A stretch of DNA of 64,000 nucleotides, from positions 169,188 to 233,187 of the forward strand of contig DF237027.1 in assembly GCA_000708835.1 (NCBI GenBank), in the 5' to 3' direction. Origin of the DNA: Klebsormidium nitens (lineage: Eukaryota > Plantae > Klebsormidiophyceae). Within the stretch, counting starts at the first letter, position 1, and every line of letters starts with the position of its first letter. A model generated the notes under the pieces. The model ran no database searches. It had not been told where the DNA came from and saw only the letters and a list, made by a program, of their open reading frames with translations. This document shows positions 25,442 to 38,364 of the stretch, in pieces. Made by a program: the position numbers and the translations under genes.

Positions 25442-26583
25442 CCTCTCTTGACTGGTTCCAAAGAGTGAAGTCCCCAGGGCATATAGGTATCAGGAATGGA
25501 CACGCCCCGGATTCCTCGAAATTCACTGACTGGGTGGGCTTTCGAAAGAGTGCGTTCCTCTGGGCTAGTTCACCTTGTCTTAAAAAGCTGCTTCCACTGT
25601 TCTGAGCCATCTCAGAGTCAGAGATGATCTCTACCCAAGCTGCAGAAAGCGAGGAATTGTGACAGAGCAGACTTTGTCAAGAAGCCATACCTTTCCTAGC
25701 TCTGGAACACACGAGGAAATGCACGCCAGAAGCCTTGGCCTGCCACCTTCACGAACAGTACTGTTGATGACTGCTAGGACTGTACTGTTACAGGTTGGGC
25801 AGGCGCATTGAAGTTGAGTTGATGCATGATGTCAGACGCCATGATGGGCCCCGGCTGGCCATTCAATGCCGCCTTGCGGAAGGCCCGCACACCTAGTTCC
25901 ACAACCTTGTGCATTCGTGACCGTCGATTGGCAAATATGAACGAGTAGACGGCAGGATGCTGTTCTCAGCAGAAATTGAGCGCACTTTCGAGCCGTCGAT
26001 CGCGACAATCCTTTCAGAATTTTGAAACTACGTAGAATTTGGGCCCTTGAAACGGCTACTTTAGAAATCGGACCGGGCATTTGGACCGTCCGATGTACTG
26101 GATATGCAATCTTGACCGTCGGCACCGCCTTTCCGCGGATTTCCAAAGCCAGAAAAACGGCAAGAATCTACGTCTGAATTTGTTGCACAAGTCAAAAGCA
26201 AAGTCGCTCTGTTTGACCATGCAGCTCCTGTGGACCTGCACAGTGCACTGGCAAGAGTTGGGGAAGAAGGAGCCCAGGAGGGCATCTCCATGGACGAATG
26301 CAGGAGGCATCTTTGAATTGGAAGATTGGATTTGACAGCCCCCTACCTTCCTAGGGCGTTTCCATTAGGGCCCAAAGGGGCGATATTGAGACGCTTCAGA
26401 GGCTAGCGTTGTTCTGTCCTTGAACAAGTAAGTTTTGCAAGGAGAACTCGAATCTCTAGGGGAGGAGGTAAGCCAGCAAAGGGCCAGTAGGTATTGGTCT
26501 TCCCTTGCTTGTAGAGCGCTTCGCAATTGCAATATGTAGTAGCATCTAGCCAGTGGGCGATTGTCATTGAAGCAGCACGTAGA

Positions 26584-29500
26584 ATGGCAGCAGAGTTTGA
26601 GCAACTGCTGGCGGACCTCCGCACGCTTGTGGATGAGAAGGTGAGAAGCGTACCTGCCCACAGTAGGTTTTCCACTCCATAAGAGATAAGAGATCCACTG
26701 CATGGTAAAGTTACTGGAGTCACATTGTGGTAGCTCACGTGCAAACATTGCGCTACCTTTGTAAGCCCACTCTACTCATAAGACAAAAGCTCAGAACGTT
26801 CCTGCGTCCTGCCCATCTCTCCTTTGAGTAGTTACACGTTGGTGGCTTGCTCATTGAAGCTTTGCAAAAGCTGATCTCCAGCATGCTGAGGGGATTGGCA
26901 GGCCGTTGCTCCCTAGTATGACCAAAAGGTCCATTCTGCTGCAGAGTGCGTGTTACGCAGCCTAGCCGTCTCCTATGCTTGGCTCAAACAGCCTCAAGAC
27001 AGCAGCAAGGAGACCTTAACTCCAAAAGCTACTCTACCACACTCCAAGTCAGTGGGCTGCCTGGCTCTAGCCCGTGCAGCGACAGTTGCACCTGCAGCCC
27101 CATCTGACTGCTGAGTGTCTTCTCTGTGCAGCTTGGCGAGATCGAGCATGCGCATCATGGGCACGCCAGGTGGCTGGAGGACAAAGGGCGAAAGTTCTTG
27201 CGGGCCATTGACATGGTGGCCCAAGGATCAAAAGATGGGGGATTCAAGGTAGTTGCCTTCTCTCTGTTCCTTTGCTTGAGCGACACAGTTTTGACCGAAT
27301 GCAAAAGCCGTTCCTGCCAGGCTTGAGCATCGCTCAAAGCCAAGCACGCAAACTTGTTTCCTCTCGAGGTAGATCAAGCCAGAAACTCAAAGGCCCTCCA
27401 ATCAAAGCAACTGAAAGTGAGAGTCTGGTTGCAAGTCCAAGATGCATCCTGCGTTTGGTTTGGCGCAAATGCTAGGTCAAAGAAGGCCTTTTGCTTGCTA
27501 GCAGAACACCTGTTTGCATTGCGGTCTTCATCAAACATCCCAAGGCCTCCGACCAACTGGTCTGATGGCCGTCAAAGTTCTCTTTTCACCTGCTCCTGAT
27601 CCTTTCAGAAGGCCGTTCCAGCCCAGTGCTGCTCCTTTCCCATAGCAGCCCAGTTTCTGGTCCTGTGCCAGTTTGCAGACTCCCTCTGATGAGCTGTGTG
27701 CAGCTTGATCTTTCATTCCCAAAAATCGGCACCTCGTTCTGCAGGTACCACAAAGTAGGAAACCCAAACAGGGGGCGCGGGGCCCTAATGATGAGAACAT
27801 CCCCCCTGGTCAACATGCGTTTGCGGCACAGACTCCTGCGGCGGTCAAGAAGGCGAGGGGTCTCGCAGAGGAGGCGACGCCCGCACTGCGAGTATCCTCA
27901 AGGCAGCGGCAGAAAGTTCTTAGGTAAGAAGGCTATCGAGCGTGCTCCTTGAAAAGTTCAAGATGAAACTGTATATTGGAGAACTTCGCTCTTGCTGATT
28001 GGCAGAGATAGCAAGCCCTCTGCCTAGTGTTTGGGCCAGTTAAAGCCAGCTGTTCTTGAAGGTTCTGGCAGTGCAATATTCTCAGTCTTCGCAATACAAA
28101 TGAGCAGTAGGCCATTCTGCGGCAAGGGACTTGCTTAAAATAATCATGCATCGGTTCCTGCAACCTCAACCCTCTTGCATGAAGTCCTTGCCAGTTCACA
28201 TCTGAGAGACAAAGTAGCACATCTTTCGTTGCAGAATTTTCCAGCTCGGCGGGTGGTTGGTCTGAACAGCGCAAATGGTAGATGCAGCTCAGAGCTAGCC
28301 CTCTTGAGACAATGGAACATCTGTGCAACACTTTGAGCCCCTATTCTTGCTAGAGCCGTTGACAACTCTGAGTTTGTTGTAACCTGCAGAGACGTCCCGC
28401 CAAGCAACAAGCTCTCATCTGCAACACCTGCACCCCAGTCGGCCGCCCAGCCATCAACCAGAAGCTCTTCCCGACAACCTACGGAGGATTTGACCCCTGC
28501 GCGAGATGACAGGACAACCACTCAGGCGGTCCCTGAGAACGTCCCGGCTTCAGTTCCCGCCGTTGACACCGCAGTGCCAAAGGAGAGAGCAGAAGAGAGC
28601 GCACCAGCTGCTGCTGCTGAGACTGTCGCTGCGGAAAGTGTCAAGCGGTCCTCAGGGGCGGATGCTGACCGATCAGATAAGGTGGAGGTTCAGAAAGAGG
28701 ACACCGGCGAGGGAGAGGCCGAGGCAGCGGGTAGAGAAGAGGCTGCAGAGGTTGCAGAAACTGAGCGAGTCGTTTACACCAGGCGGGCGAAACAGGCTGC
28801 GGCGGGTCAGGTTCGGTCAGAGGAGAAGAATGAGGAAAAGAGTTTGAGGAAGCGAAAGGGGAAGCGAGGAGCCGAGGAGGCGGTTGCCGATGAGCAAAAG
28901 GGGTCGGCTGAGAAGGAGGCGCCTGCTGGCGTCATGCAGGCGGCTGCTGATGTCGCGGAGACGCCAGCTGAGGCCAAGGAGACGCGTGCTCGAGGTAGTG
29001 GCGGTTCAAAGAAGCGGAAGGAAAAGACGGGCTTGGATGAGGCGGTTGTCAGTCAGGAAGACGGGCCCGTTGACAGTCCCAAGGAGCCTGCTGAGGTGAA
29101 GGACTTGCCTGCTGACGTCAGCAGGACACCTGCTGGGGGCAAGGAGTTGCCTGCTGATGTCAGCCAAGTCCTTCGAGACCAGCAGGACTTGCTGCCACCT
29201 GGCGAGGCCCCATTGGTTAACGCTGCTGTAGAGCATGGGGGGCCTGTAGAAGGGCCCAATGTAGCAACGGAAGTGGTGAAGGAACCAGAGGCGGAGACGG
29301 GGGCTAAGCGCCGGGGGAAGAAAGAAGCGGTTGATGATGCAGCAACCAGAGGGGCAGAGGCAGACTTGAAGCAGACGGCCAGTGAGACTGTGCCAGCTGG
29401 TGGGCGGATGACGCGGCGGCGGGCCAAGGAGTTGGGAGTGGACTTTGAGGCTCTGCCGTCAGGGTTGGTCGACGGGAGTGAGGTGAAGGCGGGTAAGAAG

Positions 29501-32500
29501 GGGAGACAGACAAGGAAAAACAGGAGAAAGGAGTTGGACGAGGGCGCAATCCGGCAGCAGGCCTTGGAGAAAGAACTAGAGGCGGCGGGCGCACAGGTAG
29601 AGGCCGCTGCTGACGCCAAGAAGCCGGCGGAGGCGCGGGAAAACGGGGCAGGGGGGGAGACGACGCCTGCCAAGCCGAGCGGGGGGGATGCGAAGGAGGG
29701 TACGGCCGATGAGATGGTCTCAGCGGAAGAGGGAAGTGGGAAGCAAGTGGACAAGGCCACTGTTCCCGAGACTCCCGAGGAAGGGCCTCCGGTTCGCAGA
29801 TCGCAGAGGGAGAAGCGGGCGAATGAGGAGGCGCCAGCTGGCAGGGTGACGCGGGGGAGGGCGGCAAAGGGGACGCCACTTACTGCCGCCACCGAGGCGG
29901 AGACTGTGGCAGAGGCCTCTGCTGAGAAAGCGCCTGAGGCTGCGGCTGATGCTGAAGAAGGGGGTTTGGGGGAGGATCAGGCAGAGCCACCTCTAGTTGA
30001 TGGGAGTCCGGTTGTCAAGGAGGGGGTTGACGGGGCGACCCTGCAAGAGTCGGAGGCAGTGCCGGAGTCTGAAGATGAGGCGCTTGCGACGAAGAAAAAG
30101 AGGGGTAAGAAGAAGGGCAGGGGTAGGCAGAAGAAGACGCCCCCAGCGCTGCGGGCGTCAGAGGACGGGGAACGAGAAGCCGGGAAAGAGACGGCAGGTG
30201 AGAAAGAGCTCTCTCATGAAGAGGAGCATGGCAGGGAGGAGGCAACGGTTCTAGAGTTGGGGGGTGCAAACACGAACGCAGAGAGGCAGCCGAAAGGCAA
30301 TGACGGGAGTGAACAGGAGGGGGCTGTGGAGGGCGTAGTCTCGGGCCTTGTGAGCAACCCAGCCGAGCCGGCAAGCACCACGCCAGAAGCTACTCATGAA
30401 GCCCCAACCCCCACAACAGGGCCTTCGGAAACCGTGGCAACCCCTGTAGAGATAGACGCAGCCCCGGTATTGGAGCTCGGAAGCCCGAAGCCCCCCACCC
30501 CAGGCCCCCGGCTAACTAGATCGGGCTCAAAGGCGGGGGATAGCTCCCGGGAAAACGGGGGAAGCAGCGCTTTTGGGTCACCGGTGCCAACCGCCCCTGA
30601 ATCTGCACTTCGGGGCACTCAGTCGGGCGCCCTGGCTTCGCCCGGAAGAGTCCTCCGGTCAGCTTCCAAAAGCCCCGGTTCTCCTTCGGCCGTCGACAAC
30701 GCACAAAACCCTGTTCCCAGCGCCTTAACCCCTGTCCCGAGCACCCTAACCCCTGACCCCAGCGCCCTCAACCTTACCCCGAGCGCCCTTAACCCTGCCC
30801 CGAGCTCCCTTGACCCTTCCCCGGTTTCCCTAGGCAGAGCCACACGGGCAGCGTCAAACGCCCAGATTACACCCGGTACTGTTCCTCAGGCGGAAGAAGA
30901 GCACGTTCCGGCCGTTGCTTCACCGTCCTCCTCTTCCGCGGAAGAGCGTTCCGATAGGAGAACCCGGTCAGGATCTCGCGCCCGAAAAGAGACCGGCGAA
31001 ACTTCCCCACCCGCCGTCCTTCCTGCCCAGGACTCTGCGGACGCTGCATTGTCCCCCGATTCCCCAGCCCAAAAATCGGCGTCTCTCTCCCCTGTGTCTC
31101 CTCCTCCGGACCCAGCCACTGATGGCAACCAAGTGCCGTCGATCTCAGAAGATGCAAACACCGCGGAAGCCCCTCAGCCGTCCGTTTTCTCGCCTGTTAT
31201 AGTCACCCGATCAGCTTCACAGGCCCGAACGCCTCCGGAGCAAACGAAAACGCCCGTCTTTTCCAGCGCCGACATCGCGCCAGGATCTGGCAGCAGGAAG
31301 AGGAGCCGGGGAGAGGGTGACGTCAGCGACCAGCCGACTCCGGAAGGTTTAGCGAGGGTTAGCGGAGAGAAAGGCACTCCGGGCGTCCTGACCCGCAGCC
31401 AAAGCAAGTTGCGGGGGTCTGCTGACGTCACTCCGGGCTGGAACGGGTCTCCGGAAATATTGGAAGGAGACCTAAGCGGGGTCCTCGTGTCTCCAAAGAG
31501 CCCCTCTAGTGACGAAGCCGCCAAGTTGACCGGAGCTAGCGTTCAGTTCCCAGCTTTACCCAAGCAGAGCCCCAAGGAAAGTCCCATCCAGATGAGGAAA
31601 ACGGAAACGGAGCCCCAAACCCGAGCGCCTGTTGCAAGCCCCCCGGTAAGTGCACGGGCGTTTGAAGCGGAGAAGAAGGAGACAGTGGCTCCATCTCCCC
31701 GTCAGGATGCTTCCCCAAGTGTTGACATGGACGTTTGCACGACGCCGCTGACTGCGGGGCCGCATAAAGCACCCCGACCAGTGACCGGAAAACGGAACGC
31801 CCAGGGGGTGAGCAAGGGGCTGGTGCGCTCGGAGGGTGCCGGAATAACGTCAGCGGTGAAAGCCGATGACGTCAGGAGCCCCCTGAGGAGGAGCCCACGG
31901 TTCCAGGGCGATAGGATGACGTCCGCAGCCGGGGTGACGTCAGCAGCAAAGCAGACGGGCGTCCGAAGCTCCCCGCTAGGTGGGGGTTCTTCGGTGAGGA
32001 AGAGTGAGCGGATCCAGGACCGGAGCGCAAAGAAGATGCGGTTAAGCGGTGGGTTTGCGCTGGCAGGTCTCGGAGGCGAGTTGATCGATCTGGAGAACGA
32101 GGACGAGGATCTGATGGAGCCAAACTTTGAGATCAATTCTGAGGGCCTCCGGCGGAGTGCGCGAAAGACGGCCGACGGCGCGAAGGAGAGTCCCGGCACA
32201 GTCGGGAAGAACCGGTTGAGCTTCAGCGGAGCTGCCGGCCTTTCCGCAGACGTCCGGAACATGTCCCCCGGCGGGAAGGCGCCGGAGTCCGGCGGAAAGT
32301 CGTTCCGCTTCAGCGCCCACAAGTCCACACGGAAAAGCGCCCGGAAGAGGAGCGCCGGCGGGCGTCCGAGCTTTGTTTCCGCGTCGGACGACGGGTCGGG
32401 GGAGTTCGCGGCCGCAGGGTTTGGGGGTTTGGCGGCAGAAGCGTCTGCGGGAAACTTGGATGCGTTCGCGGCTGGTGCAAAGTCCGCACAGAAGAAGACG

Positions 32501-35500
32501 CCGGCGAAGCGGGGCAACTTGATCGCAAACGGAATTACGAGTCTGTTGTCGTTCATGACGAAGAAGGAGCCGACGGGACCGCCCATTCCGGGCAACAACA
32601 AGAATACGGTCAAGGTGGGTTCTGCAGAAGATATTGGTGGAGAAACTGTTTGGAATTCTGGCAATACCCTGGTGCGTGAGAGGCTGGACTTTGTGAGCCT
32701 GCATCTCGAAGAAGGCTTCTTCTCAGAAGGCTCGACTGGCGGGAATTGAAGGATTACTTCGTGTAATTGCGCCCCTTCTGATTTGACTGCTAAGACCTTG
32801 CGACACATTCTCAACCCGGTGACTTGCCTTCCTTCTTCCACTCTCACGAGCCGCTGGACAACGCAACCATTTTGCGCCATTCAACGTTGAATCATCCCTA
32901 GGAAAAGCCTGCATTTTTCAAATTATCTGCCCCGCCTTTCGCAAATCTGCTGCGCTTGAATCTCTTTCGTGTGTCTCCTTCCCCCTGGTCGCCTTAACTT
33001 CTAAAAAGAATCTCTGCTTTCTAACGCTATTTACGTCATCTCCATGCAGGGCTCCGTAAAGGCGCTCGAGGCTGCCGAAGCCGCCCGGCGAGAGGAGGCC
33101 AGAAGAGCGGAGGAGCGAGAGAAGCGGAAGGCGCTGACGGAGAAGCGGCGGGAGGAGAAGCTCCGGGAGGCAGCCGCCGGTGCAGCGCAGGTGAAAGTCG
33201 AAGGCTGCGTTCGTATCTCTGTTGCCAACAAGATTGCGGTGTCCTTACAATTTTCAACTGTTTCTGTGCAAAGGCCCTCGGTTCCTGGAAAGTCAGGTCA
33301 AACTTCTCGAAGCACCCATCGCTCCGGATCATTGATGGAAGGAGCTCTAGGACGCGGTAAAGTTGCTGTCTAAAGCACAGTCATTGCTTCACTTTTGAGC
33401 AGGAACCAAGTGCTGACTGCTACAACACTTTCCCCGAAGATCCTTTCGCAAATGTTGCTAGGTTGCACCGGGGCAAGAATCTTCCTTTTCTGATCGTTTT
33501 CAGATCACTTTCGGTTCCTGCCAGTAACGCTGTATGTTATCGGCTTGATCCTCATGACCGCTCTCTCGGTATGCCCATCTTTTAGCCGATTACCGACTGT
33601 CCTCGTCTCTTCAGGCCCAGCCTCCTCCCGCAACCGCCCCCGCCCCCGAGCGACGCACCGTTTCCTTGATCTGTACTCCGCACATCTCTTTGGCTCAAAT
33701 CCAAGCACTAAGTTCTTATCCATTTTCCCTCTCTGCAGCCCAAGTTTTCAATCCGCAGCCAAAGTTTTCAACCAGCCGACCCTGCCTCTGTTGCCATTCA
33801 GGAACGTCTCTAAGTCGACCATCCCTTCCGCCCCATTCGGAAGCCGATTTTTAATTCTTGATTTCTTTCCAGGTCCAACCTGCTCTGGCAAAGCAAGCCG
33901 ACGCCGCTCCCGTCCTCAAGCGGCGCACCGTGGTTGGATGAGTTCGTAACCCTCCCATATGTTTGGCCCAAGTTAAAAGCCAATTGCTGATTCTTGTTTT
34001 CTCTCCAGGCCCAGCCTCCTCCCGCAAAGCCAGCCGACGCCGCCCCCGCCCCCGAGCGGCGCACCGTCCCCGGCGCGGCCGCCGTTTCCGCCACCGTTAT
34101 CGACCAGAAGCTCCGCCGGGCGAACGAGTTCCGGTCGCGGATCGAGGACCAGAAAGCGCGGCGCCTGGAAGAGGATCTGCGGAAGAAGGAAGAGGAGCGG
34201 CGCAAGAAGGAGCAAGATGCGGTGCGGAAGAAGCGGCAGAGAGAGGAGGACGAGAAGAAGGAAAAGGAGGAAAAGCGGCGGCGGCTGGAGGACGCGCATA
34301 AGATGAAGAAGGACGCCGAGGAGCGGCAGCGAGCGGAGCTGGAAGAGAAGGAGAGGTGAGAAGAAGTAGACTTCAGATTGGTTGCTGCTTCTTAGACTCA
34401 GTTCGCCTCAAACTGAGACTGGTGGTTCGGCCGCTGTTTCTACCTTACAGAGCCTTAACTCGAATTCGTAGGCTTTTCAGTTTTTAGTACTTCGATCCGA
34501 GATTCCCACGAAGAATCGGGCGAAAGAAGAACGACTCGATGGTGGTCTCCTCCTTTCCATCCGCATCCTTGCCTCTCCCTTCAATAAAGCTGGGGTGGAA
34601 GAAACCCGTGACATTAAACCTTTTTCTTTGACTTGCTTTAGCGTCCGTTGGAGAAAATAGTTGGCGAGACAAGCATGCGGAGATTGCGCACTCCGTTCCC
34701 AATGCTCTCCGATTCTTTCCGCACAAAACAGCTGGCAGCAGAACGTATTTTCAGTAGGTTTGAAGCACGTGTACTTGAAGCGTCCAACATAAAAGAGGCG
34801 AAAAAATGGGATTCTACCGACAGAATCTTATATGTGCGCCGTTCCGTCCTTCCAGGAAGCGGAAGCAGCAGGAGGAGGCCGAGCGGAAGCAGAAGGCGAC
34901 CGAAGAGGAAGAGCGCCGGCGGCGGCGGAAGGAGAAGGAACTAGAGGCGGAACGGCGGCGGAAGGAGGAGGAAGAGAAGCGGGTGGCCAAGCTGAAGGAG
35001 CGGGAGGAGGACCGGAAGCGGCAGGAGGGGCTGTTCATTCGGCGGAAGGAAGATGAGCGGAACGAGAAGGTGAGTCGATGTAAAAGCCGCGAGACCTGGG
35101 TTTTTATAAAGGTCTCCACGGAAAGGCCTCAGCCGAATGGCATTTTGGGATGTCAGAGGGAGGTTCTGAATTTGCCAATCCTGACCTTTTCCGTTTCGCT
35201 CTTCCAAATCTGAACCCACACAGATAACGTGCCGGCGTCGAAGAAGCGGAAGCTTAACGGGATTGAAAATCGGACAATCAGAATCCTTTGGCAAGTAGTC
35301 AGACTGGACAGCCGTTGTCTTTCAGATTTGCAGATCTTGTAGGACGTGCAGCATCTACAGGCTCTGAGATGATGTTAGCACATTGAGTTGCTCTGAGCAA
35401 TATATTGAAAGGAGTCCTCCAACTTTCGCAGATGCTGCGCCCCAACGGGCCCAAGCCCCTCACCCCCATCAAGACGTACCTGGCGGAGAACGCTGCTTCG

Positions 35501-37128
35501 GCCAGGCACTCCCCCCTTGTCGGCACGGACAAGGTGAGGGGCTGTTTCCACGGGCGCAAGAATGCGTAAGACATCTGGCACGAACCGCAGCAAGAGAATG
35601 ATAGGCCACAACGCACAAGCGCTTTCGTGCCCACTGAATTCTGGTAATGCAAAGGCAGCGTGTGAACATTCGCACTGCAGTCGTGAACGGAAACTGTTTG
35701 CATTGCACTCGCTTACAGGAAATGGTGGGAAAGACCTTCAAAGCCGCCGGCATTGCTGATTGAAACTGCTCTTTGACACCAGATGCACGTCTCCCCGTTG
35801 CCGTATGCACGTGCGGCCAGAAAGGGCTGTCCGGTTTGTCTGTTATCCAATCGTCCTTTTGTTCCTTTCTCGGGCCACCAAGATTTGACGTAAGTCTGAT
35901 CTTCCGTCAGGATCTGCAGCCCTGTGCTCCGTCAGCTGACGTCAACCTCGGTCATATCCTTGCAGATGATGCCTCCCCCCAGGACGACGCCCAGCCGCCA
36001 CGCCAACGCCGACGCCGCAGCTCAGAACCAGTACCTTTCCGCCAACACCGCGAGCCGCAATCTAAACCCCGCCTCCGGTTACGCTAGCAGCTCGCTGGTG
36101 GCCAAGCCCAGCGGCCTGCAGTTTCCCAAACCTGCCGCTAACCCGCCCACTAACCTGCGTGTAACCGGCTGGGAGGACCGCGCCGCAAAAGCCAAGCTCG
36201 CCGCCCCGGGGTCTTCTTCTCAGAAGGATTCAGCCCCCCATTTCGGGAAGGGCGGGGGCGGTTCCGTTTCCGGGGGGGAGAATCTGCGCTCGCGGACGCC
36301 CCCCCCCGCGGAAGCTGTGGAGAGTTATGAGATCTCGCCGTTCAAGGAGGAGTCGAGCGACGAGGAGGAGGAGGAGAACGAGAGCGAGGCGAAAAAGCCA
36401 ATCCCGGCGTGGGCGCGCAAGGAGAACCTGGGGCCCGCGCTGCGGCGGCAGATGGGGATCGACCCGGACGAGGTGTTCCAGAACATGAGTGTCAAGACGT
36501 GCAGCCTGGACCAAGGTTCGTGAACGTTGACACCATCTGCTTTTGTCCTCCTCTTTAAGTGCTGAGAGCAGCATAATCTAGATGTGTCATCTCAATTCTC
36601 TGAAAACGTGAAGTGATGGTTTCTACTCTGCTGAAATGATTTCAAGATAGTGAGCCATTCTGAGAGTATCTGCAGGTTGGGAATGCGGCGAGTTGTTAGG
36701 CCAGTCTATCAAGTGCAGCATTCGTTAATAGAGACACGTCGCGACGTTCTTTAGTTGGGTCGAATCCATCAGCTTTGCTCGATTGTGGGTTTGCAGAAAG
36801 GGACACCTGGAGCAACTTCCTTGGTCGCCAGAATGGTACGGGTCAAATTCTCTTTTCGAGAGCGTTCGAAAAAAGTACTCAGGCAAAGCGTCCGCTGCTT
36901 TATGCTGCCTGAGACTGAGCCGCATCAAAGCACTAACGTTTGAGTTTTGTCAACTTGCCAACTTCGTGACGCTAACAAGGTCTCTGCTGTTTGGCCGCAG
37001 TGTTCGGGACCAAGGGCAGTAAGAAGAAGAAGGACTTTGGGCGCCGGAGCAGCAGCGGCAACTGGCTAGAGGACCGGCTGACGTGGAAGGAGGAGCTGCA
37101 GTATAAGAAGGGCATGGGGTACCTCTAG
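26584..37128 (+). CDS. INCENP: Inner centromere protein (chromosomal passenger complex scaffold)
   Basis: Exons 26584-26640, 27132-27248, 27745-27923, 28390-32614, 33050-33190, 34009-34355, 34856-35069, 35432-35533, 35966-36515, 37001-37128; phases compatible; 6060 nt = 2019 aa. N-terminus LRTLVDEKLGEI...WLED (INCENP_N-like), VKALEAAEAARR, an E/R/K-rich SAH region, and a C-terminal IN-box IPAWAR...IDPDEVF...CSLDQVF...RRSSSGNW. Confidence 0.9.
30710..30814 (+). repeat. In-frame 21-bp (7-aa) tandem repeat x5 inside INCENP exon 4
   Basis: PVPSALT / PVPSTLT / PDPSALN / LTPSALN / PAPSSLD. Confidence 0.85.
33600..34070 (+). repeat. Tandem diverged copies of the INCENP exon-6 acceptor plus exon start
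   Basis: cag|GCCCAGCCTCCTCCCGCA...CGCACCG copies start at 33615, 33873 and 34009 (the functional one). Confidence 0.9.
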
Positions 37129-38364
37129 CGGGTTTGCCGTGTCCTCGTCCGCTGGCATACTAAATCAAAGCGACCCTGGTAACCATTGGGGTTTATGTTG
37201 AGCTCCCGAGTTGTACGGCGGGTGATTCTTTAATTGAGGCAGCGCATGCCTTGGCTGCGCAAGGGGCATCGTTGATTTGGATGCTTCGAAAGTAGATGCT
37301 GAGAGCGATCCGGAACTGTGCAGACGAAATTTGTTGTGCGCAAATTCTTAGTTGGATGTGTAGATTAGAAAAAATGGTCAGGAACTTACGAATGTTGCTT
37401 CAAGGGCTCGCACTCTACAAATTTTTAGTTTCCAAGCCTCTTGACGCGTACTCACACGGCCTGGATGCAACTCACAAGAGTCGGACATGCAACGTCAAGT
37501 CTTCAGCTCCGCACTCTCCGCAGTGCGGACCTTTGGATCATGTGAGGTCACCTTTTGCACAAGGTGCCGTTTCCCACTACAGGCCCGCGTTTGATTTCAA
37601 GGACTGTGAAGATCCTCAACAAAACAGTCGATCCAAATTTAGACGAAATGGCAGGCTGCATGGTCGGCATATAACATCATAAAATCTTTTCAATCGCCCG
37701 CAAAACGCTTGATCAAGTGCATGCCATGGTGGTCAATCCTGCTGAATCAGCCTTATGAGACGTAGGTGATCTGAAGTCGATCGGAGCGCCGTCCTCGCAC
37801 AACGGTGCACTTTTGTTTGGCCCTTGCAAGGCTTTGTGTCTGATTGGCTAGCATGCAAGAATATGTCCACCCCGCCATAGCCCCCGCGGGCCTATAGCTT
37901 GACCCATTGTGTGACAACCTTGAATTCAAGGAGCTGGCGCACTGCCAGGTCACTCGGCGTTTCAATGTTCGAGTCCGCTCACGCATTGGCGTCCAGTGCT
38001 TCCACTGAAGGGCACTGAAGGCGTTGCAACATCTCCATGAGATCCTTTTCACGCCCGGCCGCCAGGATGTGCCACAGTATAGGCCGCCACGCACAAATAT
38101 TTACCATGCGTACAGTTCATCGCTTGCATGAAGATGGTTTGTCATGTAAGACCCAAACGGTCGTTTCAGACACCTGTTGCATTGCGCACCCTGGAATAAA
38201 CGTCCTTCGTTTTCTTGCAATAAGAGCAAGAGTCTGAGAGGGATTCAAAGGGCTGATGTTCGCCTCCGGTGCCGAGGACATACAAAGTATATGTCCAGCA
38301 GCTCGACGAACTTTCTTTTATCCGTGTACCCGTGCAGTCATATTAAGGCAGTTCCACCGAGGTT

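Noticed and set aside
26040-26165. AACGG (MSA-like G2/M) motifs upstream of INCENP
   Set aside because: Two 5-mers in ~500 bp is about chance level and the full MSA context is lacking.
27369-27417. Possible extra phase-0 INCENP micro-exon (VDQARNSKALQSKQLK)
   Set aside because: Needs an atypical GAG acceptor and is not required for frame; cannot be supported without RNA data.
29053-32880. Long antisense ORFs (279 aa, 392 aa and others) opposite INCENP exon 4
   Set aside because: Expected shadows of a long GC-rich, low-complexity exon; compositions mirror the sense strand.
35224-35300. DNVPASKKRKLNG segment as an INCENP exon with an NLS
   Set aside because: Its acceptor is phase 1 while both flanking exons are phase 0, and no matching donor was found.
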